Part shown: in pieces, positions 48,513 to 57,024 of the stretch
Layout of the letters: every line of letters starts with the position of its first letter
How positions within the stretch are numbered: the stretch's first letter is position 1
Source: a virus
Reading direction: 5' to 3' (one strand)
IMG/VR virus record: IMGVR_UViG_3300046804_003780
Length of the DNA: 64,000 nt
Position numbers and translations under genes: made by a program
The notes under the pieces: generated by a model
The model's input: only the letters and a program-made list of their open reading frames with translations
Told to the model about the DNA's origin: nothing
Databases searched by the model: none

Positions 48513-49661
48513 ATGCCAAGAATGTCGACGGCTTCACCATTCACAACATTTGCTTTTCAGCCCCCTAGTCCTGTACCTCCACCTGATATTCCAGTTGGTG
48601 CTTTAGTATTTTATAATCAAGCTTTTACAGGAATACCAGGATGGCAAAGATATAACATTGCAGATGGATTATTTTTACGTGGTACTGCAACTCAAGGGCA
48701 AATCGCAACAACTACATCTCCCAGTATGTCAGGGACACTAAATGTTACTTTAGGCACAAGTGGCTCTCACTTTCCGACCCAAGTGTCATTTGGACCTGCT
48801 TTTAATCCTTCTGGCACTGCTTTTCCAGGCGGTTGGTTTAATTTAGGCACTGCAGGATCACACATTCATACAGTTACAAGTTTAAATTTATCGACAATAG
48901 AGGTTCCTACTCCTGCTGCATATTCTACATACATCATTATTGAATGCCTAGCACCTACTAAAAGATTGCCCCCTAATAGTATTGTTTTTTCACAGAATTC
49001 TCCGGGAAGTTTATTTTCTTTATTAGGAGCAGAAAATCAACCTATCAGAGGTGGTGTGAGTAATAATACAACTGGCACAGGGACTACAATAACTAATATC
49101 CGTACTACAGCAGTAAGTGGTACACATAGTCACATCGATACAAATTTTCCATTTAATCCTGCTACAGTAGTAGGTACTAATTTTCCTTATGTTACTTCAC
49201 TTACGCACAATCACAATATAACATTAAACATTGTAGCAAACTCAATTTTAACTAAATTGCTAAGTGCTTGGGGTAATAGTTTTGAATCTTACTTAGGCTT
49301 AGATTCTATTTTAATGTACAATGGTTCTCTAGCAAGTTTACCGGCTGGTTGGTATGTGTGTGATGGTAGCAACGGAACAATAAATATGGTAGATTTTTTT
49401 GTGGGATTTGGCAGTCAAGCAGCTTGGAATACATCTACCGGTACTAATAATGACATTGGGGTTAATGGAAGCACAACAACAAATATATGGAATCACAGCC
49501 ATATAGGTTCTGGCATCATAGGGGCAACTCCAGCTACCTTAGCCAGTGTCCCTCACGGCACAAATACAGTTAGCCATAGTCATACAGTTACTCCAAATTT
49601 ATCGAGTGTGAATTATGACCCTGGCACTATAAAAATTGCATTTATACAATACAAAGGATAA
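48513..49661 (+). CDS. Tail-collar/short fibre tip protein
   Basis: LPAGWYVCDGSNGT; multiple HxH metal-binding motifs; start MPRM at 48513. Confidence 0.8.
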   Translation: MPRMSTASPFTTFAFQPPSPVPPPDIPVGALVFYNQAFTGIPGWQRYNIADGLFLRGTATQGQIATTTSPSMSGTLNVTLGTSGSHFPTQVSFGPAFNPSGTAFPGGWFNLGTAGSHIHTVTSLNLSTIEVPTPAAYSTYIIIECLAPTKRLPPNSIVFSQNSPGSLFSLLGAENQPIRGGVSNNTTGTGTTITNIRTTAVSGTHSHIDTNFPFNPATVVGTNFPYVTSLTHNHNITLNIVANSILTKLLSAWGNSFESYLGLDSILMYNGSLASLPAGWYVCDGSNGTINMVDFFVGFGSQAAWNTSTGTNNDIGVNGSTTTNIWNHSHIGSGIIGATPATLASVPHGTNTVSHSHTVTPNLSSVNYDPGTIKIAFIQYKG

Positions 49662-49665
49662 AAAA

Positions 49666-50172
49666 ATGGCACATGATTTTATATCATTAGATTATGATAA
49701 TCAAAGTTTTTCTGCAAGAATTGAAGATGTTGAACATGCGTTTTCATCGGTTGAGGCTTTTTTTAATTTAACAAAATTTCCCTATAAAACAGGAATATCT
49801 GCAATAAGTTTAGAGCCAAGCAGAAATATTTACACAGTAGTTTATACAGACGGGAAACAAACTCATACAGAACACAGTGATGAGATACAATGGCTTCTAA
49901 ATAATTGGAGTAAAGTAAAAGATGCCATCAATGAAGATGCAGCTAACACAGTTTATGATGTGTGGACATTGACAGATGAACGTAATATGCGTTTGAATTC
50001 TACTGATTGGTTAGTATCAAGACATACCGAAGAAAAATTATTAGGCATGAGTCCTACTTTAAGTGAAAGCCAATTCACAAATTTATTAACTTATAGACAA
50101 CAACTAAGAGATATTACTAACCAATATACAACATTAGATAATGTAATTTGGCCTGTTAATCCATTACCTTAG
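49666..50172 (+). CDS. Tail fibre assembly chaperone-like protein
   Basis: RNMRLNSTDW...YRQQLRDIT...VIWP. Confidence 0.8.
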   Translation: MAHDFISLDYDNQSFSARIEDVEHAFSSVEAFFNLTKFPYKTGISAISLEPSRNIYTVVYTDGKQTHTEHSDEIQWLLNNWSKVKDAINEDAANTVYDVWTLTDERNMRLNSTDWLVSRHTEEKLLGMSPTLSESQFTNLLTYRQQLRDITNQYTTLDNVIWPVNPLP

Positions 50173-50410
50173 CTATAAGAATTAATTTTTCTAAATGGTT
50201 AATTGCTTTATTAATCTTTTCAATCTGGCTTGTTAAATGATAAGTGCGTTTAGTTTGCCTGGCTACAACTTCGCTTTTGCTTAATTCAGTGACCATACTC
50301 TCAATGTTGTTAAGCATTTGTTTGAGATCAGGGTTATAATTCATGCTTGCAAGTTGTTTCCGTAGGCTAGCACTTATGGTTTGCCAGTCCAATGCTACTT
50401 TAAGTTCCAT
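50156..50410 (-). CDS. Hypothetical helical protein
   Basis: ORF track. Confidence 0.6.
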   Translation of the reverse strand: MELKVALDWQTISASLRKQLASMNYNPDLKQMLNNIESMVTELSKSEVVARQTKRTYHLTSQIEKINKAINHLEKLILIAKVMD

Positions 50411-50436
50411 AAAATATTTTTTGTAAAATTGCGGTT

Positions 50437-50471
50437 TTGTAACAGAATTGTCATACTACGGCCATTAAATA
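50437..50471 (+). promoter_or_regulatory. Pho box + TAAATA promoter of pstS
   Basis: TTGTAAC-AGAA-TTGTCAT (11-bp direct repeat), 11 nt, then TAAATA. Confidence 0.75.
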
Positions 50472-50514
50472 TTTATTGCAAAATATAAATTTTCTTAAAA
50501 AGGAGACACACACT

Positions 50515-51540
50515 ATGAAAAAACTATTTGCAGTTTTATCTTTTGCAGTAGCAGGTATAGCAACAGCAGCAGAATTTACTGGCGCTGGAGCTACATTCCC
50601 ATTTCCAATCTACGCTAAATGGGCGGAAGCCTATAAAGCACAAACTGGAATCGGCTTAAACTATCAAAGTATCGGTAGTGGCGGCGGCATTCGTCAAATC
50701 AAAGCAAAGACAGTTGACTTTGGTGCAAGCGACATGCCATTAAAGAAAGAAGAATTAGATAAAGAAGGTCTTGTTCAATTTCCAGCAATTATTGGCGGTG
50801 TAGTACCAGTTGTTAATTTAGATGGCATACAACCTGGTCAATTAAAGTTGACACCAGAAATAATTGCAAATATACATTTAGGTAAAATTACTAAATGGAA
50901 TGATAAAGCTATTGCCGAAATTAATTCAGGTGTAAATTTACCTGCATTAAATATCACAGTTATTCATCGTGCAGATGGTTCAGGCACTACATTCATTTGG
51001 ACAAACTTTCTAAGCAAAGCTAATGCAGACTTTCAAAAGATAGTAGGCGAAGGTACTGCTGTTAAATGGCCAGTTGGTGTAGGTGGTAAAGGTAATGAAG
51101 GTGTTGCAGCACAAGTACAACGCATTAAGGGTAGTTTTGGTTATGTAGAATATGCATTTGCTAAAAGAAATAAAATTGCACATACACAATTAAAGAATCG
51201 TGACGGTAATTTTGTACAACCAGATGATAGTACATTTAAGGCAGCAACAGCAAATGCAGATTGGGTTAATGCTCCAGGAATGTATTTGTTACTAACATGG
51301 CAAAATGGAAAAGATACTTGGCCAGCAACAGGTGCTAGTTTCATCTTAATGCATAAGCAACAAGCAGATGCATTAACAGGTCGTGCAGTTCTCAAATTCT
51401 TTGATTGGAGTTACAAGAACGGCAGTCAAATGGCATCTGAATTAGAATATGTACATATGCCACAAGATGTAATTAAGCTTGTTCAGGAAAATTGGAAGAA
51501 AGACTTCCGTGGTCCCGATGGTAACGCAATTTGGAAATAA
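50515..51540 (+). CDS. pstS: Phosphate ABC transporter periplasmic binding protein
   Basis: GAGATFP, YQSIGSGGG, DFGASD, RADGSGTT, GKGNEG; signal peptide; AGGAG SD. Confidence 0.97.
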   Translation: MKKLFAVLSFAVAGIATAAEFTGAGATFPFPIYAKWAEAYKAQTGIGLNYQSIGSGGGIRQIKAKTVDFGASDMPLKKEELDKEGLVQFPAIIGGVVPVVNLDGIQPGQLKLTPEIIANIHLGKITKWNDKAIAEINSGVNLPALNITVIHRADGSGTTFIWTNFLSKANADFQKIVGEGTAVKWPVGVGGKGNEGVAAQVQRIKGSFGYVEYAFAKRNKIAHTQLKNRDGNFVQPDDSTFKAATANADWVNAPGMYLLLTWQNGKDTWPATGASFILMHKQQADALTGRAVLKFFDWSYKNGSQMASELEYVHMPQDVIKLVQENWKKDFRGPDGNAIWK

Positions 51541-51550
51541 GGAAAATTAA

Positions 51551-52957
51551 ATGAAAACTTTTACAAAAATAGCATTAAGCCTTGCATTAGCTTTTAGTAT
51601 TCCCGCATATGCTGATGAATATCTAGACACTTTAAAAATTTTAAAGGATAAAGGCATTTTGACACAGACAGAGTATGATGTTAAAGTCAAAGAATATGAA
51701 GATAAAGCAGAAAACAAAAAATTTTCTGATCAAAGGATAGATAAAGATGTCAGCGACAACAACAAATACAGAATCGCAAGAATCAACGACGGATCTGTAT
51801 CAGAAAACGGAATCGGACTTAAATCTAAGGATGGGAACAACACTCTCAACCTTACGGGTAGACTACATATGGACTATCGTCAGTACGACCCCACTTATGG
51901 TGCAGGTCAAACCACAGATTCGTATCAAAATGTAGCTGAAGTTCGTCGTGCTAGATTTGGTGTTCGTGGTCAGTTTGCTAAAGACTTCAAGTATCAATTA
52001 CTCGCCAACTTTGGTAATGATGCTGGTTCTAGTGCAACTACGACAACTGCTGATGAAATGTGGGTAAACTATGCTGCCAATCCTGAAATGCAATTTCAGT
52101 TTGGGTTATTTAAAATGCCATTTAGTTTAGAACAGTTAACAAGTTCAAATAATATAGATTTTATGGAGCGTAGTCTTATTGGACAAACCGAAGGAGAATT
52201 TATTCCTGCAAAAGAAACAGGCTTTATGATTCATGGAATACCTAAGCCTGGTTTACTCTATCAAGTAGCAATAAGTCGTGGTCGTGGTAACAAAGATGCA
52301 GCTAACGACGGCTTTGACTATATCGGTCGTGTTGTAACTAACATTGCTGAATTACAAGGTAGTAAAGCTTATGTGTTACACTTAGGTGCAGCATATAGTA
52401 CAGGTGAGATTAAAGGCGGTGTTACACCAGCAAGTGGTAGAACAGAATCACGCAGTCAATCAGCCTGGTTCACAGGTCCAGCGTTAAGTGGTGCTACTAC
52501 AAGAACACGCCAAGGTCTTGAAGCGGCTTTTGCATATAATGGATTGAAGTTACAGGGTGAACAGTTCCAATTTAATTATGATCCTACTACAGGTAAAGAT
52601 CAGAAAATAAATGGATACTATGTACAAGCTTTGTATAACTTGACAGGTGAAAGTCACAACTATAAAGACGGTATCTTCAATTGGATCAAACCTAATAATC
52701 CAACTGATAAGGGTGGCCGCGGTGCATGGCAAGTTGGTGTCCGTATGAGTGAGTTTGATGCTAGTGATATTGCTGTAGTTGCTGGCAAATCTAATCGTGC
52801 CACTGCTATGACCTATGGAGTCACTTGGTTCTGTACAGACAATTTACGCTTCATGTTAAACTATGTAGACACAAAGTTTGACAGTTTAGTAGGAAGTTCC
52901 GGAAGTCGTGTGACTGGCGATAAAGCAGTTATGTTTAGAAGTCAATTAAGTTTTTAA
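51551..52957 (+). CDS. Phosphate-selective outer-membrane porin (OprO/OprP family)
   Basis: Signal peptide, VRRARFGVRG, FKMPFSLEQLTSS, FMERS, C-terminal Phe. Confidence 0.9.
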   Translation: MKTFTKIALSLALAFSIPAYADEYLDTLKILKDKGILTQTEYDVKVKEYEDKAENKKFSDQRIDKDVSDNNKYRIARINDGSVSENGIGLKSKDGNNTLNLTGRLHMDYRQYDPTYGAGQTTDSYQNVAEVRRARFGVRGQFAKDFKYQLLANFGNDAGSSATTTTADEMWVNYAANPEMQFQFGLFKMPFSLEQLTSSNNIDFMERSLIGQTEGEFIPAKETGFMIHGIPKPGLLYQVAISRGRGNKDAANDGFDYIGRVVTNIAELQGSKAYVLHLGAAYSTGEIKGGVTPASGRTESRSQSAWFTGPALSGATTRTRQGLEAAFAYNGLKLQGEQFQFNYDPTTGKDQKINGYYVQALYNLTGESHNYKDGIFNWIKPNNPTDKGGRGAWQVGVRMSEFDASDIAVVAGKSNRATAMTYGVTWFCTDNLRFMLNYVDTKFDSLVGSSGSRVTGDKAVMFRSQLSF

Positions 52958-52971
52958 ATAAAAAACTTTCA

Positions 52972-52999
52972 AAAAAAAGGCACTTAAGTGCCTTTTTTT
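52972..52999. terminator. Bidirectional Rho-independent terminator
   Basis: AAAAAAAGGCACTTAAGTGCCTTTTTTT. Confidence 0.85.
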
Positions 53000-53004
53000 G
53001 TGGT

Positions 53005-53039
53005 TTGTAATGGTATTGTCATACAATATATTCTAAATA
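53005..53039 (+). promoter_or_regulatory. Second Pho box + TAAATA promoter
   Basis: TTGTAAT-GGTA-TTGTCAT, 11 nt, then TAAATA; same geometry as at pstS. Confidence 0.75.
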
Positions 53040-53044
53040 TTAAT

Positions 53045-53854
53045 ATGAAAACACATTATCGCACTATTTTTATATCTGATGTACATTTAGGAACTAAAGA
53101 TTGTAAGGCTGAAGCTCTAAACAATTTTTTAAAAAATCAAACATGTGACACTTTATATCTTGTAGGCGACATAATTGATGCGTGGAAAATAAAACAAAAT
53201 AAATGGCGTTGGAAACAAAGTCACACAAATGTGGTACGCAGAATTTTAGGTCATGCTAAAAGAAACACAAGAGTAGTTTATGTAATAGGCAATCATGATG
53301 AGTTTTTAAGACCTTTTCTACAATACAATTTAAATTTTGGTATGGTAGAAATGCATAATCAAATTGAACATATAGGTATTGATGGTAAGCATTATCTAGT
53401 TGTTCATGGAGATTTATTCGATGGTATAACAAGACTAGCACCTTGGCTAGCAATTTTGGGAGACAAAGCATATGACGCCGTTTTATCTTGCAATACTAGA
53501 ATCAATAGCATCTTACATAGAATGGGCTTTGGTTATTTTAGTCTCAGTCACTATCTTAAACGCCGGGTAAAAAAAGCAGTGGATTTTATATTTCAATTTG
53601 AAAAGAATCTTGCTGCCTATTGTAAGAAAAAAGGTTATGATGGTGTGATATGTGGGCATATTCATCATGCTGAAATAAAAAATGTAGATGGAATAATTTA
53701 CATGAATGACGGCGACTGGGTAGAAAGTAATACTGCTTTAGTAGAACACACGAACGGTCGTTGGGAAATAATTACATGGAGACAAGAATCTGATAATGTA
53801 TTTGATGATATTGATAGCAGTACATCTGAGCGATCCAAAAGACATACCAGGTAG
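53045..53854 (+). CDS. plcP: PlcP-like metallophosphoesterase (phospholipase C; LpxH2-type family)
   Basis: YRTIFISDVHLG, LVGDIID, GNHDEFLR, HGDLFD, WLAILGD, CGHIHHAE, NDGDWVES. Confidence 0.75.
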   Translation: MKTHYRTIFISDVHLGTKDCKAEALNNFLKNQTCDTLYLVGDIIDAWKIKQNKWRWKQSHTNVVRRILGHAKRNTRVVYVIGNHDEFLRPFLQYNLNFGMVEMHNQIEHIGIDGKHYLVVHGDLFDGITRLAPWLAILGDKAYDAVLSCNTRINSILHRMGFGYFSLSHYLKRRVKKAVDFIFQFEKNLAAYCKKKGYDGVICGHIHHAEIKNVDGIIYMNDGDWVESNTALVEHTNGRWEIITWRQESDNVFDDIDSSTSERSKRHTR

Positions 53855-53969
53855 AATAACTCTTGAATTTACTGATCAAATAACTTGTGAACAAAGTTTG
53901 CAAAGTATGACATATTGGTTAAAATTTAATAATTTTAAAATTGAAGGAAAGTGTGTTAAAAAAATATGA
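53796..53969 (+). CDS. 57-aa two-Cys protein (family A; not in track)
   Basis: MYLMILIAVHLSDPKDIPGRITLEFTDQITCEQSLQSMTYWLKFNNFKIEGKCVKKI; ATGA overlap with the next gene. Confidence 0.6.
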   Translation: MYLMILIAVHLSDPKDIPGRITLEFTDQITCEQSLQSMTYWLKFNNFKIEGKCVKKI

Positions 53970-54676
53970 AATTAAGCGAAAAACTTACTATAATAATTCC
54001 ATGTAAGAATGAAGAAAATTATATAAGTAATTTACTTCATTCCTTAAGATTACAAAAAATAGGCGACACTAAAGTTATTATTGCAGACTGTTCAACAGAT
54101 AATACTAGAGAAGTAATAAAAAATAATCGTGCTTTTTTGAATATCGAAATTATTGAAGGCGGTCCTGTTGCGATTGCGAGAAATAATGGAGCAAAATTAG
54201 CTACAACACCTTACCTGCTTTTTTTAGATGCAGATGTTATATTCTTTGATAACTACGTTATTCGTGACTCAATTTTTATTATGGAGTTAGAAAAGCTTGA
54301 TTTACTTGGTGCGAAAATAAGATGCTATGAAGATAATTGGAAAGCAGAATTAAGCTTTATGATTTTTAATTGTATCAATGACATGCTAAAATATTTTTCT
54401 CCATTTGCTGTAGGTGCTTTCTTTTTAACTCGTAAAGACAAATTTGACGAATACGGTGGATTTGATGCGCGGTATACGACCTCAGAGGATTTCTTTTTAT
54501 CAAGAAAATATGAACCTGAAAAATTTGAAATCATAAATCATTATTTTGGCCAAGACTCACGCAGATTTAAAAAGATGGGATATTTTGGTATGGGTTGGTA
54601 TCTTATTAGAAATTTTATGAATCGAAACAACAAAAAATATTGGGATAAACTTGATCATACAAAATATTGGAGTTAA
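53966..54676 (+). CDS. Glycosyltransferase family 2
   Basis: IIIPCKNEE, STDNT, ARNNGA, FLDAD, GGFD, SED. Confidence 0.9.
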   Translation: MKLSEKLTIIIPCKNEENYISNLLHSLRLQKIGDTKVIIADCSTDNTREVIKNNRAFLNIEIIEGGPVAIARNNGAKLATTPYLLFLDADVIFFDNYVIRDSIFIMELEKLDLLGAKIRCYEDNWKAELSFMIFNCINDMLKYFSPFAVGAFFLTRKDKFDEYGGFDARYTTSEDFFLSRKYEPEKFEIINHYFGQDSRRFKKMGYFGMGWYLIRNFMNRNNKKYWDKLDHTKYWS

Positions 54677-54720
54677 AATCGGACACAAACATAGAGTGTC
54701 TCTGGAACTCGTAACCAGAT

Positions 54721-54738
54721 GCCCAATTGGGCTTTTTT
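54721..54738 (+). terminator. Putative terminator
   Basis: GCCC-AATT-GGGC followed by TTTTTT. Confidence 0.55.
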
Positions 54739-54759
54739 CATGGCTATAAATACTCTATC

Positions 54760-55404
54760 ATGTCCCCAACAATAGCATTATTTCTACATCAACCAAAATG
54801 TTCGGTCCAAAGCGGGAACGGAATTATTAAAGCCCTAAGCCCATACTACCGTTTCAAAATATTTACCAAACATGAGCTTGAGGATGATTTTTTTGATGAT
54901 GTGGATATAGTAGCAATTCCGGGAGGTATAGGGGATAGCGATACATTTAGATACTTAATGCGAACTAACGGACAAAGAATTCGTAACTTTGTAGCATCAG
55001 GTGGTAAGTATTTGGGAATATGCATGGGTGCATATTGGGCAGATACGGATTATTTAGGTTTACTTAATAGCGTAAGAGTAGTACAATATATAAAACGGCC
55101 AAATACAGACACTAAACGACCACATGCTAAGAACATCTATGTAAACTGGTTAGGTCAAGAAATGGGTATGTATTTTTATGATGGTTGTTCTTACGAAGGT
55201 GATAGTAGCAAATTTGAAACTATTGCCGTATATAAAAACAACGACCCAATGGCGATTATACAGGATAATGTAGGATTAATTGGTTGTCATCCAGAAAGTG
55301 AGAAGCACTGGTATGATAGTTACACTTGGATGCGCAAACATTATCATGGTGATACACATGGGCAACTATTGTTAAATTTTGTAAACTACTTATATAGGAA
55401 ATAA
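54760..55404 (+). CDS. Class I glutamine amidotransferase-like (BPL-N-type) protein
   Basis: IPGG, YLGICMGAY, CHPE; TATAAATA upstream. Confidence 0.8.
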   Translation: MSPTIALFLHQPKCSVQSGNGIIKALSPYYRFKIFTKHELEDDFFDDVDIVAIPGGIGDSDTFRYLMRTNGQRIRNFVASGGKYLGICMGAYWADTDYLGLLNSVRVVQYIKRPNTDTKRPHAKNIYVNWLGQEMGMYFYDGCSYEGDSSKFETIAVYKNNDPMAIIQDNVGLIGCHPESEKHWYDSYTWMRKHYHGDTHGQLLLNFVNYLYRK

Positions 55405-55405
55405 T

Positions 55406-55591
55406 ATGTGGGCATTATTAGTTGTAAGCATTTTTGTAAACAGTCCAATAGATACAAAAACTACAGGATCAATGGAATTAAGATTTCAAACAAGAGAAGA
55501 ATGCATGGAGGCTAAGGGCAGATTTGATAATTTGCAAAGTTTTAAAAACAATAGAATTAAGACCTCATGCAGTTACAGATCATACTTATAG
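55406..55591 (+). CDS. Small two-Cys protein (family A)
   Basis: MWALLVV...FQTREEC...C. Confidence 0.6.
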   Translation: MWALLVVSIFVNSPIDTKTTGSMELRFQTREECMEAKGRFDNLQSFKNNRIKTSCSYRSYL

Positions 55592-55600
55592 GATATCAAA

Positions 55601-55852
55601 ATGGAAGATATTATCATTGATATGAACTCAACTTTAGATTATAAAACTGTAAAAACTATAATAACGAAATATATTGAAGAACAAACTGGTAAAACTATTT
55701 GTGAAATTGTTCCGATAATAGACAAAGAAAATTTATCAGGATTTAAAATAATTTATCAAAGCGAACATTCTAGTTATTATGTCGGTAGTAATGACAAAGT
55801 TAACAGACCTCATTTAGTAGATAAAACTTTTAAACCAATGGCTTTTTATTAG
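55601..55852 (+). CDS. Hypothetical protein
   Basis: ORF track; AGGA SD. Confidence 0.55.
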   Translation: MEDIIIDMNSTLDYKTVKTIITKYIEEQTGKTICEIVPIIDKENLSGFKIIYQSEHSSYYVGSNDKVNRPHLVDKTFKPMAFY

Positions 55853-55861
55853 GAGATAATT

Positions 55862-56080
55862 ATGAAAGACATAGCTTTCCGTGTTTTTACTTATAGTTTG
55901 TTTTTTGGTTATTTACTGTTACTTGGTACAGTACTGTCTGGATGTAGTAACCAATATGATAATTGCATTGAAAAAGAAAAAGAAGCCTATAGGCAAAAAA
56001 ATCCAAAAGCAAGCTATGGACAGGTCGCTGCTAAACAACAAGAATTTGAAATGATGTGTTCAAGCTTTAAAGGGAAATAA
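55862..56080 (+). CDS. Small lipoprotein
   Basis: Lipobox VLSGC; AGGAG SD. Confidence 0.7.
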   Translation: MKDIAFRVFTYSLFFGYLLLLGTVLSGCSNQYDNCIEKEKEAYRQKNPKASYGQVAAKQQEFEMMCSSFKGK

Positions 56081-56081
56081 T

Positions 56082-56939
56082 TTAACCTAACAAATTTTCT
56101 AGCAATTGTTTGTTATTTTGTAATTCAATGGCAAGGTTAATAAAACCACTTTTAATTTTCACATTTGCGAATTGATTGTCTCCCATATATCCAAGTAAAT
56201 AAGTTGGATATATGTGATCAGATAGTGCAGCCAAAAATAAATCCATCAAAACTTGTATATTAATTTCGTGCTGTGAAACCTTAGGATCCGTTCTTGGCAT
56301 ATACATTATTGGTAAATTAAAGTCATAAAACTTATTTAAGGATTCATTAGTAATCAAGTGTTTAAAATTAAGTGTTTTTGCATATTCTTGCACTACGTGA
56401 TTATCTGTAAATAAAAATAAAGGTATAGATAAATTTAAAGAAGCAACATCATTCAATGCTTTTTTATAATCTGTGTTGTAATCTCTATGCCTTATCATAA
56501 TTGCATGATAGTTTCCCAATTGTTGTTTTTTAAATTTTATTTTTTCTGAAATTTCTTTATTCAAAACAAAATAGTGTAAAGCGTGTAAAGAGCAATAGCC
56601 TCCACCAAAAGACCTGTGTAGTAAAAACTTATGCGGTACATTTGATTGAAATGGAGCACAAACAGGATCTAAACAATCATTTGAACGTAACAGAAAATCC
56701 TGTGGAAATTCAGGATCAGAATAAAATTGTTCAATTTGTTGATTTGTTAAATCTAATTTAATATTTTTATACAAATTATTCACAGTAAAATACTTGGATA
56801 AATCTGTGTGTAAGTCGGAAAGTGTAGAATCGATTATTAAAGTTCTATCATATTTTTCAGCATAAAATATACATTTGCCTATTTGACAAAACATATCATT
56901 AATGCCGCCTTTTGGTTGACAAATTAAAAATTTTTCCAT
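56082..56939 (-). CDS. Fucosyltransferase-like (NodZ/GT-B-type) protein
   Basis: GGINDMFCQ, AIMIRHRD, LFTDN, DLFLAA. Confidence 0.6.
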   Translation of the reverse strand: MEKFLICQPKGGINDMFCQIGKCIFYAEKYDRTLIIDSTLSDLHTDLSKYFTVNNLYKNIKLDLTNQQIEQFYSDPEFPQDFLLRSNDCLDPVCAPFQSNVPHKFLLHRSFGGGYCSLHALHYFVLNKEISEKIKFKKQQLGNYHAIMIRHRDYNTDYKKALNDVASLNLSIPLFLFTDNHVVQEYAKTLNFKHLITNESLNKFYDFNLPIMYMPRTDPKVSQHEINIQVLMDLFLAALSDHIYPTYLLGYMGDNQFANVKIKSGFINLAIELQNNKQLLENLLG

Positions 56940-57000
56940 TAATTTAAATTTTCATATTTTTTAATTTGATTAAACAAATACATTACTGATAAATGTAAAT

Positions 57001-57022
57001 TAAAAGTGGCCCTAAGGCCACT
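57001..57022 (-). terminator. Terminator of the tmRNA locus
   Basis: AGTGGCC-TTAG-GGCCACT-TTTA. Confidence 0.8.
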
Positions 57023-57024
57023 AA

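Noticed and set aside
53045-53854. LpxH lipid A biosynthesis enzyme
   Set aside because: It has GNHD rather than GNRD, and the Pho-box/pstS context favours PlcP. Not proven without phylogeny.
44341-54676. Host chromosomal contamination (aminotransferase, pstS, porin)
   Set aside because: The genes are interleaved with fibre genes, share the AT-rich composition and phage TAAATA motifs, and pstCAB/phoU are absent. Read mapping would be the final check.
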